A DNA stretch of 64,000 nt from assembly GCA_963736005.1 (NCBI GenBank), contig CAVTNB010000001.1, forward strand, positions 160,001-224,000. Direction: 5' to 3'. Positions 9,210 through 17,864 of the stretch are shown here, one piece after another. Every line of letters starts with the position of its first letter. Positions within the stretch are counted from its first letter, which is position 1. The notes under the pieces were generated by a model. It did not search any database and had not been told where the DNA came from. It saw only the letters and a list, made by a program, of their open reading frames with translations. The stretch comes from an uncultured Pseudomonadota bacterium. Lineage in GTDB: Bacteria > Vulcanimicrobiota > Vulcanimicrobiia > Eremiobacterales > Eremiobacteraceae. Position numbers and translations under genes: made by a program.

Positions 9210-10265
9210 ATGAAAAGCCGACCCAAAAAGCGCAAGGCGCTCCGCAGAGCGCCCGCACGCCAAGCGAAGGCGGGACGCGGTGGTGCACGCACCGTTGGGA
9301 TTATTCCTCGTCCCAGCGGAAACGGCAGCCGTCGCGCGAGCGCGCAGCGCCAAACGGTGAATCTTGCGCTGGTTCAGTTTGCCCCAAGTAAGGGCCGCGT
9401 CGATTTGAACTTCGAGCGCATCGAGCAAGTCTTTGCAGCGTTGCGCCACGATAAAGAAGGCTTCCCGTCGGTCGTGGTGTTTCCCGAAGCGAGCCTGTCG
9501 GGATATTTCGTTGAGGGCGGCATTGCCGAAGTCGCGCTCAAAGCGGGCAACGTCCTTAAGCGCCTCAGCAACGCCGCCCATCGAGCCTGCGGGCCAAATC
9601 ACGCGTCGTTTGACGTGATCGTTGGCTTTTACGAAGACGACGGCGGTAAGCTGTACAATAGCGCCCTCTACGCAACCCTCGGCGAGCGGCCAGTCATCCG
9701 CCATGTGCATCGCAAGCTCTTCTTGCCGACCTACGGCGTCTTTGACGAAGAGCGCTTTGTCTCGCGAGGCCGGACCATCGAGGCGTTTGACTCGCAGCAC
9801 GGCCGCGTTGCGATCCTCATCTGCGAAGACGCGTGTCATTCGGTGGCCGTGACGATCGCCGCGCTGCGCGGGGCTCAGATTCTCTACATTCCAAGCGCGT
9901 CGCCGGGGCGAGGTCTTGAAGATGCAGAGCCTGCAAACGTCCGCATGTGGCGCGACATCATGCGCGTCTCGGCCGCCGAGCACGGCATCTTCATCGCCTA
10001 TGCGGGATTGGTTGGCTTCGAAGGGGGCAAAGGCTTCACCGGAGCGTCGCGGCTCATGGGACCGTTCGGCGATCTGCGCATCGAGGCGCCGTTCGATGGC
10101 GCCGCCATCGTACGAACGACCATTTCGCTTCAAGACGTCAACATTGCACGGGCCGCCTTGCCCGCGCTGGGCGATCTCGAGTCCAACCTTGCCGAAATTA
10201 CGGCGATGTTCGAAAAGGAAGCACTCAGTCGGCCTTCGCGCACAAAGTCCACGACTTCAAAATGA
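9210..10265 (+). CDS. Carbon-nitrogen hydrolase (nitrilase family); probable stand-alone glutaminase subunit of NAD+ synthetase
   Basis: E-K-C triad motifs FPEASLSGY, HRKLFLPTYGVFDEERF and ILICED. ATGA-coupled to nadE. Start uncertain, with a basic N-terminal tail. Confidence 0.85.
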   Translation: MKSRPKKRKALRRAPARQAKAGRGGARTVGIIPRPSGNGSRRASAQRQTVNLALVQFAPSKGRVDLNFERIEQVFAALRHDKEGFPSVVVFPEASLSGYFVEGGIAEVALKAGNVLKRLSNAAHRACGPNHASFDVIVGFYEDDGGKLYNSALYATLGERPVIRHVHRKLFLPTYGVFDEERFVSRGRTIEAFDSQHGRVAILICEDACHSVAVTIAALRGAQILYIPSASPGRGLEDAEPANVRMWRDIMRVSAAEHGIFIAYAGLVGFEGGKGFTGASRLMGPFGDLRIEAPFDGAAIVRTTISLQDVNIARAALPALGDLESNLAEITAMFEKEALSRPSRTKSTTSK

Positions 10266-11122
10266 AAGCAGCCGTTCTTCCGATCGTTCATGCGCCGACT
10301 GTCGTCGATCGCGGCTTGCAGCTCGACGCCGCCCTAGCCGAGCGATGGCTGATCAACTTCCTTCGCGACGAAATGATCGTTCGTCGCGGGATCCGCAATG
10401 CGATCGTGGGCGTGTCCGGGGGAGTCGACTCCGCCGTGGTCACCTACCTCTGCGCAAAGGCGCTCGGACCGGAAAACGTTTACGGCGTTCGCATGCCTTA
10501 CAGCACCTCATCAGATGAGAGCTTCCGTCACGGGGGCCTCGTGATCGGCAATACACATGTCCACGACATCGTGGTCAATATCAGCGACGCGGTTGACGGC
10601 TACTTGCACTACGAGCCAGACGCCTCCCAGACGCGGCGCGGCAATGTCATGGCCCGCCAACGCATGATCGTCTTGTTCGACCAATCAGCCAAGTACGATG
10701 GACTACCTGTCGGCACCGGCAATAAATCCGAGCGGTTGCTCGGCTATTTTACTTGGCATGCCGATGATTCGCCGCCGATCAATCCGATCGGGGACCTCTT
10801 CAAGACACAGGTCTGGCAGCTCGCGCGACATCTTGGGGTGCCCAAGGAAATTATGGACAAGCCGGCCACCGCTGACCTCATTCGCGGACAGACCGACGAG
10901 GAAGACTTGGGCATCACCTATGCGCGGTCGGATCGGATTCTCGCGCTCATGCTCATGGGCTACAGAGAAGAAGACATGATCGCGCGCGGGTTTTCGCCTG
11001 CCGATGTCGAGCTCGTCATGCGCAAAGTGAACGCCACGCACTGGAAGCGTCACCTGCCCACGACGGCTGTTGTGTCCACGACTGCTATCAACGAATTTTA
11101 TTTACGACCAGTCGACTACTGA
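10262..11122 (+). CDS. nadE: NAD+ synthetase (synthetase domain only)
   Basis: GVSGGVDSAV PP-loop, GNVMARQRM, GTGNKSE, NPIGDLFKTQV and KPATADL motifs. Confidence 0.93.
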   Translation: MKAAVLPIVHAPTVVDRGLQLDAALAERWLINFLRDEMIVRRGIRNAIVGVSGGVDSAVVTYLCAKALGPENVYGVRMPYSTSSDESFRHGGLVIGNTHVHDIVVNISDAVDGYLHYEPDASQTRRGNVMARQRMIVLFDQSAKYDGLPVGTGNKSERLLGYFTWHADDSPPINPIGDLFKTQVWQLARHLGVPKEIMDKPATADLIRGQTDEEDLGITYARSDRILALMLMGYREEDMIARGFSPADVELVMRKVNATHWKRHLPTTAVVSTTAINEFYLRPVDY

Positions 11123-11171
11123 TCGAAACTTTCGATCCGCTAACGCAGCAGGACCCTTCGGAGGAGCCGAT

Positions 11172-11585
11172 ATGCCCCTGCAGCTTGGACCCGTCGGGCA
11201 CCTTGGCATCAGCGTGCACGATCCCCAGAAAAGCGCACGCTGGTGGATCAAGATGCTTAACATGACTCGCCGGTTCTCATTTCCGGGCGGCGTCGTAGTG
11301 GGAAACGACCACGTCGACATTGTCTTGCACAAAGGGAAGCCACATCCCGAAGTGCTCCACCACATTTCTTTTCATGTCCGCGGCATGCGCGAGTTGCGAG
11401 CGGCGCTCTTGGAGCTGCAGCGAAAGCACGTCGAACTCGAAGACCCCGGCGACGAAATCGGACCGGAAGGCCCCGGCTCAAAGAACATGGGCTTGTGGTT
11501 TCAGGATCCCGATGGCTATCGCTGGGAGCTATCTGTGCTCGCGACGCGCAAGCGAAAATCCAGGGCAAAAAGAAAGCGAGGGTAG
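11172..11585 (+). CDS. VOC family protein
   Basis: GHLGISVHD, HHISFHV and WFQDPDGYRWEL motifs. GGAGGAG SD. Confidence 0.8.
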   Translation: MPLQLGPVGHLGISVHDPQKSARWWIKMLNMTRRFSFPGGVVVGNDHVDIVLHKGKPHPEVLHHISFHVRGMRELRAALLELQRKHVELEDPGDEIGPEGPGSKNMGLWFQDPDGYRWELSVLATRKRKSRAKRKRG

Positions 11586-11589
11586 CATC

Positions 11590-11991
11590 ATTTCCAGATA
11601 TCTGCACACCTCAATCTTTGTCAACAACATGAACGAGTCGATCGATTTTTACACGAAGAAGCTCGGCTTGAGGCTCCTCGATCAAGCCCACTACGAGGGC
11701 AACGCCGACATGGCGTTCGTCGGCAAGAACTGGGATTCGTATATCGAGCTCGTGTACGATCTCGAAGAGCATCCTCCATATCAGTTGGGCAACCGCTACG
11801 AGCATCTTGCCCTCGAAGCAGACGGGAATCTCGAGGACCTCTGCAAACGGCTCGCCGCGCAAGGCGTGAAAATCCTCAAGGGTCCGAAGAAGTCACCGGG
11901 AGGTACACGTTCCATTGCTTTCGTCGAGGACCCCAACGGCATTCCGGTGGAGTTGCTCGAGCCCAAGCCGGCCGCAGCCGGCGGCTCGTGA
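11590..11991 (+). CDS. Lactoylglutathione lyase (glyoxalase I)-like VOC protein; probable ATT start codon
   Basis: SRYLHTSIFVNNMNESIDFY...IELVY...LGNRYEHLAL...AFVEDPNGIPVELLE. The conserved first His lies upstream of the first ATG. GAGG sits 8 nt before ATT 11590. Confidence 0.8.
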   Translation: MSRYLHTSIFVNNMNESIDFYTKKLGLRLLDQAHYEGNADMAFVGKNWDSYIELVYDLEEHPPYQLGNRYEHLALEADGNLEDLCKRLAAQGVKILKGPKKSPGGTRSIAFVEDPNGIPVELLEPKPAAAGGS

Positions 11992-12004
11992 TATTCGATG
12001 AGTA

Positions 12005-13270
12005 ATGGCCAGCGCTGAAATCATCACCGTCGGGACCGAGTTGCTGCTCGGTCAGCTCGTCGACACGAACACCTCGATCATCGCTGGGGCTCTGGCTGAA
12101 ATAGGCATTGACGTCTATCGCGAAACGTCGGTCGGTGACAACGAGGCCCGCATCGCACAAGCCATAAGCGAGGCGCTCGAGCGCGCCGACGCCGTGATCT
12201 GCGCGGGTGGCCTAGGCCCGACCGTTGACGACCTCACTCGCGAGGCTGTTGCCGCCGCGACGGGCAGCCCGCTCGAACTCGACCAAGCGGTGGTTGAGGA
12301 TCTCCGCGCGTTCTTCGCAAGCCTTGGCCGGCAGATGTCTCCAAACAACGCGCGCCAGGCAATGTTCCCAAAGGGCGCCGAGGTGCTCGAAAACCCAAAC
12401 GGCACGGCGCCAGGGTTCGCACTAACGGTCGGCGAGAAAGTTATCGTCGTCATGCCTGGACCGCCCAGAGAGATGGAGCCGATGCTGCGCGAGCATGTTC
12501 TGCCGCTCCTCGCGCGCACATTTGACTCGCGTTCAACGATCGTCACGCGCGTCTTGCGCACGACCGGCGTCTCCGAATCAGAAATCGATGGGCGCATCGC
12601 TGACCTCTTTCGGGCTGGCATCAACCCAAGCATCGCCGTGCTCGCGCACGTTGGCGAAGTGCACGTCAAAATCACAGCCAAAGCATCAACGCGCGAGACA
12701 GCGCTCGCGCTCATCGACTTATTGGAGGCTGAGATCCGCCGCCGTCTTGGCGATTGCGTCTTCTCATCCGATGGCTCCTCACTCCCGGAAGCGCTTGGAA
12801 AAGAGCTCAGGGCCCGCGGCTGGAGCATCGCCACGGCTGAGTCATGCACCGGGGGCCTCATTGGCTCGATGATAACCGCCGTACCGGGAGCCTCGGACTA
12901 CTATCGCGGCGGCGTCGTCGCGTACTCTAATGAAGCGAAAACAAATCTGCTGGACGTCGCTGCTGAACTCATCGATCTCAATGGCGCGGTCAGCGAACAG
13001 GTCGCTTCGGCGATGGCGGTGGGTGCGAAGGCTGCGTTGCGCGCTGACATCGCCCTTGCGGTCACGGGCATCGCCGGACCCGACGGTGGGACCGATGAGA
13101 AACCCGTCGGCTTGATCTACGTCGCCCTTGCGGGCGTTGATGGCGACCTGCAGACAAAGCGTCTGCGGATCCCTGGCAACCGCGATGGCATCATCCGCCG
13201 CAGTGCGCTTGCCGCACTCATGCTCGCATGGCGAACTACCATAGAACCAGCTCGAGCCCGCGAGATGTAG
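12005..13270 (+). CDS. cinA: Competence/damage-inducible protein A (MocF-like domain fused to PncC NMN deamidase)
   Basis: VGTELLLGQLVDTN, GGLGPTVDDLTRE, PGPPREM, TAESCTGG, GAVSEQVA and TGIAGPDGG motifs. Confidence 0.93.
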   Translation: MASAEIITVGTELLLGQLVDTNTSIIAGALAEIGIDVYRETSVGDNEARIAQAISEALERADAVICAGGLGPTVDDLTREAVAAATGSPLELDQAVVEDLRAFFASLGRQMSPNNARQAMFPKGAEVLENPNGTAPGFALTVGEKVIVVMPGPPREMEPMLREHVLPLLARTFDSRSTIVTRVLRTTGVSESEIDGRIADLFRAGINPSIAVLAHVGEVHVKITAKASTRETALALIDLLEAEIRRRLGDCVFSSDGSSLPEALGKELRARGWSIATAESCTGGLIGSMITAVPGASDYYRGGVVAYSNEAKTNLLDVAAELIDLNGAVSEQVASAMAVGAKAALRADIALAVTGIAGPDGGTDEKPVGLIYVALAGVDGDLQTKRLRIPGNRDGIIRRSALAALMLAWRTTIEPARAREM

Positions 13271-13271
13271 C

Positions 13272-14666
13272 ATGCGTGAGGCGAAAATCCGTCAGTTATT
13301 TCGCACGCTCTCGTTAGCCGATTTATCGATCCTCGCGTCGTCCAGCATGGCACCGGCATACAGCCTGGCGGCAGTCATGGGGTTGGTCGTCGCTGCCGCG
13401 GGCACAGGGGCTCCGCTTGCCCTCATCGTCTCGACGATTCCGATTGCCTTCATTGCCATCGGCTTCATGCGCCTTGCCACCGAAAAGCCATCGGCAGGCG
13501 GGGCGTACACGTGGGCGCGCATTGCTTTTGGAAATCGAGTTGGCTGGTTTACCGCCGTGCTGATCATTATTGGATACTACTTTGGGACTGTCGCCACGGC
13601 GTTTCCCGCAGGCGTCTACACGATCAGCATCGCGATGCCGCACGCCACGGCAACGCCGCTTGCCATCGCCATCGCCGGTATTTGCTGGACCGCATTCTCT
13701 GCGTATTTCTTGATCATCGGCGCCCGTCCGACCGCGCGCCTCTCTGCCGTCTTCCTAGCTGCGGAGGTAGGCGCACTCGTCCTCATCTCGGTCCTTGCCC
13801 TTGTCCGCCCATTTTCGGGAACGCCTGCTCTTGGCAATCCTGGCATCTCCATGGGAGCCACCGGGCTGGTCGGGTTGATCGTCGGTGCGGTGCTGTCCAT
13901 TTGGGTCTCGGCTGGTTGGGAGATCTCCACGTACAGCTCGGAAGAATCGACTGGCGCGCCAACGACCCCGGGTGCGGGAGCACTTGTTGGTCTCTTGGGG
14001 ACGATGGCGCTCGTGTGGTTTTGCATGCTCGCGTTCTTGCATGTTGGGAGCGTGGGTGGATTCACGAGCCACCAAGATGACGCGCTTGCCTATGTTGCGC
14101 AGCGATTGGGCGGTGGTTGGATTTCTCTGCTCATGGTGGCGAACGTGCTCGTCTCGAGTGCGGCGGCTTTGTGGACCACCATGCAACTGCTCTCGCGCGC
14201 GGTCTTCGCTATGGGCCGAGACAAGCTCTTGCCCGCCTCGCTTGCGCTCGTGCACCCAAAATTTGGGACCCCCTGGGTCGCCATCTTAGTTGTCAGCATC
14301 CCCGTGGCGCTTATCTTGCTCGTTTCGGGTTTCGCGAGCAGCGCGCAGCACACGCTTGCAACCGTCGTGTCCGGGTCGTCGATTTTCTTAGGATCGACGT
14401 TCATTATTACCGGTCTCGCGTGCGCGTGGTTGCACTTCCGCCAGGGCGCCGGGCAGCGTCACATTCTTTCAGGTATCGCTCTGCCGGCTGTTGGGGCATT
14501 GTGGACCCTTGCTTTTCTCATCTTTGACGTGTGGAAGCAGCAAGAGACGTTTGTGCAAGGACTCACGGTGGCGGGCATCGCGTGTGCCCTTATTTTCTCA
14601 TTCAGCGCAGGGCGTTGGGTCAGACTGAAGCAGCCGATGATGGTTCCAAGAGAAGAAGAAGGCTAG
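13272..14666 (+). CDS. APC family amino acid permease
   Basis: About 12 TM segments. SMAPAYS, PSAGGAYTW, GWEIS and SRAVFAMGRDKLLP...VHPKFGTP motifs. Confidence 0.88.
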   Translation: MREAKIRQLFRTLSLADLSILASSSMAPAYSLAAVMGLVVAAAGTGAPLALIVSTIPIAFIAIGFMRLATEKPSAGGAYTWARIAFGNRVGWFTAVLIIIGYYFGTVATAFPAGVYTISIAMPHATATPLAIAIAGICWTAFSAYFLIIGARPTARLSAVFLAAEVGALVLISVLALVRPFSGTPALGNPGISMGATGLVGLIVGAVLSIWVSAGWEISTYSSEESTGAPTTPGAGALVGLLGTMALVWFCMLAFLHVGSVGGFTSHQDDALAYVAQRLGGGWISLLMVANVLVSSAAALWTTMQLLSRAVFAMGRDKLLPASLALVHPKFGTPWVAILVVSIPVALILLVSGFASSAQHTLATVVSGSSIFLGSTFIITGLACAWLHFRQGAGQRHILSGIALPAVGALWTLAFLIFDVWKQQETFVQGLTVAGIACALIFSFSAGRWVRLKQPMMVPREEEG

Positions 14667-14731
14667 CCCCAAGCGAATGAGTTGCGAGTTCCTCGCACAT
14701 TGCAAAAGAAAGGCGTCGGAAAAATGCCGGC

Positions 14732-16177
14732 GTGACACAACCAACTTTGCGAAAATCATCAAAGATTACCGCCCTCTCCGTGGTGTTGTGCACGCTCGTA
14801 CTTCAAGCTTGTGGGGGTGGAGGAGGTTCGACGACACCGCCGCCGCCCACCTCACCTCCCACCTCGAGTGCTAGCTGCACCCACACATTCAGCGCCGCGA
14901 CGGGGGCTCTTACCTTTACACGCGCCGGCTCATTTGGCTTACGTCCCCCGAGCGCGTCAAGGGAAGAAATTGTCCCTGACAAACTCGCCGTGCGTTTTGT
15001 GGGAACGAATATTTCGCCCCAGGCTGCGTCCGCATTGGCACGCATTCGCGCACGAAGGATCACCGAGATGAATCCTCAAGGCGCAGTCACCTATGCGATT
15101 CCGTCAGGCTCGAACATGCAGCAAACCGCCGGCGTTCTGCGTGGCCTACCGGGCGTTATCAACGCAGGCCCCGTCATTCTGCGGCACGTCCTCGTTACCC
15201 CAAACGATCCGCTCTTTAGCAACGTCAATCAGTGGGATATGTTCGCGATCGGAATGCCGGCCGCATGGGGCATTAGCGAAGGGATCACAACTGTGCGCAT
15301 CGCGGTGATCGACACCGGGTACGACACGTTCAACACAGACCTCAATGGCAAGGTGGATGGCTCGATTGTGTACGACAAGGGCGACGGCACGCCACACGTC
15401 GGCGCTTCTATCGAGGACGTGACCGGCCATGGCAGTGATGTCAGCGGCATCGCGGCAGCGGATACAAACAACAGCACTGATGTCGCTGGCACTGGCTGGA
15501 ACGTGCATTTGCTCGAAGCGAGAGTATTTCCAAACACCAACAACTCCGGGGCCGCCACGCAAGATATTGCCGCCGGAATCAATTGGGCGGTTGCAAATGG
15601 AGCTCAGGTGATCAATCTGAGTCTCGGAGGCGGAACGCCAGATAATACCTATGAAGAACCAGCAGTGGCTGCTGCGATCGCCGCTGGAGTTGTCGTCGTG
15701 GCGGCTTCAGGAAACGATGGTCGCAATACCGTTGACTATCCCGCGGCCGATCCAGGCGTCATCGCCGTCGGGGCGTCGGCATATTGCGACTCCGTCCAGA
15801 ATACGCCTGGCTCGGGTTTCGAGTATGTCGCATCGTACTCAAATTATGGCTCGCAACTTTCGGTTGTTGCGCCCGGTGGCGACCCCGACTCCACACAAAC
15901 CGGGTGCACGACCCAGGCCTGCATCGACTTCCTCCAATGGATCGAGAATCTCGACAGCACGAAGGGACCGTTTACCGAAACCGTCGGCCTGTTTGCTGGG
16001 ACCTCCCAGGCATCGCCACACGTTGCAGGCGCCGTCGCGTTGATGTTTTCCATAGATCCTTCGCTGACTCCAGCGCAAGCTCTGTCGATCATTAAGGCGT
16101 CCGCTGACTCCATCGGCGACCCACACCAGGGTTCAGGGCGACTTGATGTGTTCAACGCGCTTTCGCAAACACCGTAA
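14732..16177 (+). CDS. S8 (subtilisin-like) serine peptidase lipoprotein
   Basis: Lipobox LQAC, propeptide, catalytic motifs VIDTG, GHGSDVSG, AASGN and GTSQASPHVAG. Confidence 0.9.
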   Translation: MTQPTLRKSSKITALSVVLCTLVLQACGGGGGSTTPPPPTSPPTSSASCTHTFSAATGALTFTRAGSFGLRPPSASREEIVPDKLAVRFVGTNISPQAASALARIRARRITEMNPQGAVTYAIPSGSNMQQTAGVLRGLPGVINAGPVILRHVLVTPNDPLFSNVNQWDMFAIGMPAAWGISEGITTVRIAVIDTGYDTFNTDLNGKVDGSIVYDKGDGTPHVGASIEDVTGHGSDVSGIAAADTNNSTDVAGTGWNVHLLEARVFPNTNNSGAATQDIAAGINWAVANGAQVINLSLGGGTPDNTYEEPAVAAAIAAGVVVVAASGNDGRNTVDYPAADPGVIAVGASAYCDSVQNTPGSGFEYVASYSNYGSQLSVVAPGGDPDSTQTGCTTQACIDFLQWIENLDSTKGPFTETVGLFAGTSQASPHVAGAVALMFSIDPSLTPAQALSIIKASADSIGDPHQGSGRLDVFNALSQTP

Positions 16178-16274
16178 AGAGCGAGTGCGCGAAAAGGACC
16201 TCCGCTTTGAGCACGGAATTGCGCGAGGTGAACCGGAGGTTACTTTGGCGACGTTGTCGTCAGCTGTCTAGTCA

Positions 16275-16328
16275 AGCGGACCTGAAGGTCCGCTGCTACA
16301 TTAACATGGGCGGATTCGAAGGTCCGCT
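16275..16328 (-). repeat. Family A palindrome plus a degenerate second copy
   Basis: AGCGGACCT-GA-AGGTCCGCT-GCTAC (16275-16299), then GGCGGATTCGAAGGTCCGCT (16309-16328). Confidence 0.8.
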
Positions 16329-16346
16329 CTCACGCATGCAGCGCAC

Positions 16347-17732
16347 GTGAAGCGCACCAGGCTCTCCCGCGTCCTCGGACTTTCCGATCTCTCGATCCTT
16401 TCCTCAGCGAGCATGGCGCCCGCGTATTCGATCGCGTCGACGTTCGGTTTGATGGTGGCGGTGGCCGGATCGGGCGCCGTGCTCTCACTCGTCATCTTGA
16501 CAGTCCCAATTGTGTTCATCGCGATCGCTTTCCATCGTTTGTGCGAAGAGCGGTCTGATGCCGGCTCGACGTATGCGTGGTCGCGCTTGGCCTTTGGCCA
16601 CCGTCCGGGTGCGTTTACTGCTTGGATCGTCGTGCTGTCATATTTTTTCGCTGCGGTCGCGGCAGTCGTACCCGCTGGCGTCTACACGCTCGAGCTGCTT
16701 GCGCACTTTGGTTGGGTCCCCACAGCCTGGGTGAACGAAGCGCCTGCGGTCGCGATTGCTGGGAGCAGCTGGGTTCTCGTTGCCAGCGCGCTCTTGATCG
16801 GTGGCGTGCGTCCGACTGCTCGGGCGTCGGGGCTGTTCCTCGGTCTTGAGATCGCGGCGCTCCTCTTTTTTGCAGGACTCGCCTTTTTGCACAAGCCTGT
16901 CGCGCACAGCGGTGCAACGCATCTCTTCACGCTCGGCGGTGGGGGATTTGCAGGCTTCCTGTCCGCCATGGTGTTGTCCATCTGGGTGACGGACGGATGG
17001 GAAGTATCCACCTACACCTCTGAGGAGAATTCAGGCACCTCGCGGCAGCCCGGGCTCGGTGGCCTCTTCGGCTTGCTCATCACGGTGGCGCTGGTCCTCG
17101 TGTGCATGGTGGCCTACTTGCGAGTCGGCGATCTCGCCGGGATTTCGAATCAAGCCGCCGATACACTAGCGTACGTTGCCAATCAGCTCGGTGGCGGCTG
17201 GAAGGAAATCGTCATGGTCGTCACCGTGCTCGTTTCCACTGCAGCCACGTTGTGGACAACGCAACTCGGCATTTCTCGCGGTGTCTTTTCCATGGCGCGC
17301 GATTCTGTTTTCCCGCGTGCGCTTTCTGCCGTGCACCCAAATTATGGCACGCCGCACTTAAGCATCTTAGCGGTGAACATCGGCGTCATGTTCGTTACGC
17401 TGCTCATGGGGTTTGCGCCATCTGCCAAAGATGCGTTGCTCGAAGTTGTCAATGCGTCGTCGATTTTCTTAGGGCTCACCTTCATTCTTACTGGACTCTC
17501 ATGCGTCGTCCATTTCCGGCGCAAAGGCTTCCCACTCACCGATCTCACGCGGATCGTCTTGCCGGCCATCGGTACGCTTGCGGTGACCTTCCTCCTCATC
17601 CGGAACTACTTTTCGCAAACGCGCGAGGATCAAGTGATCGCCCTGGTCGGCATCGCGATCGGTGTCGTCTTTGCGGCTTTGCAGCGTCTGCCACGCGCCG
17701 CGCTTCCGGAATACCGAGTTCCCGCGGCTTAG
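16347..17732 (+). CDS. APC family amino acid permease (paralog of 13272..14666)
   Basis: LSDLSILSSASMAPAYS, DAGSTYAW, GWEVSTY and SRGVFSMARD...VHPNYGTP motifs. Confidence 0.88.
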   Translation: MKRTRLSRVLGLSDLSILSSASMAPAYSIASTFGLMVAVAGSGAVLSLVILTVPIVFIAIAFHRLCEERSDAGSTYAWSRLAFGHRPGAFTAWIVVLSYFFAAVAAVVPAGVYTLELLAHFGWVPTAWVNEAPAVAIAGSSWVLVASALLIGGVRPTARASGLFLGLEIAALLFFAGLAFLHKPVAHSGATHLFTLGGGGFAGFLSAMVLSIWVTDGWEVSTYTSEENSGTSRQPGLGGLFGLLITVALVLVCMVAYLRVGDLAGISNQAADTLAYVANQLGGGWKEIVMVVTVLVSTAATLWTTQLGISRGVFSMARDSVFPRALSAVHPNYGTPHLSILAVNIGVMFVTLLMGFAPSAKDALLEVVNASSIFLGLTFILTGLSCVVHFRRKGFPLTDLTRIVLPAIGTLAVTFLLIRNYFSQTREDQVIALVGIAIGVVFAALQRLPRAALPEYRVPAA

Positions 17733-17739
17733 AAGCCAT

Positions 17740-17845
17740 GGGCGACTTGACAATCGCCCGCTACGGGTCCGCTCGAACATGCCGCAGAGGCGCAAAAGTT
17801 CCACGCGACGAACCTGATGTGTAGCGGGCAACTGTCAAGTTGCCC
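17740..17845. repeat. Inverted pair of family C GTAG-palindromes
   Basis: GGGCGACTTGACAATCGCCCGCTAC (17740-17764, minus orientation) and GTAGCGGGCAACTGTCAAGTTGCCC (17821-17845). Confidence 0.8.
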
Positions 17846-17864
17846 AGGTACGGAGGTCCTCACC

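Noticed and set aside
9027..10133. Long antisense ORFs (9027..10133, 49087..50013, 51312..52847, 62199..63071 and similar)
   Set aside because: These are shadow frames of well-supported genes in GC-rich DNA and have no recognisable motifs.
17738..17824. Leucine attenuator leader peptide before leuC
   Set aside because: The short ORF has no Leu run and no terminator. The hairpins are family C repeats.
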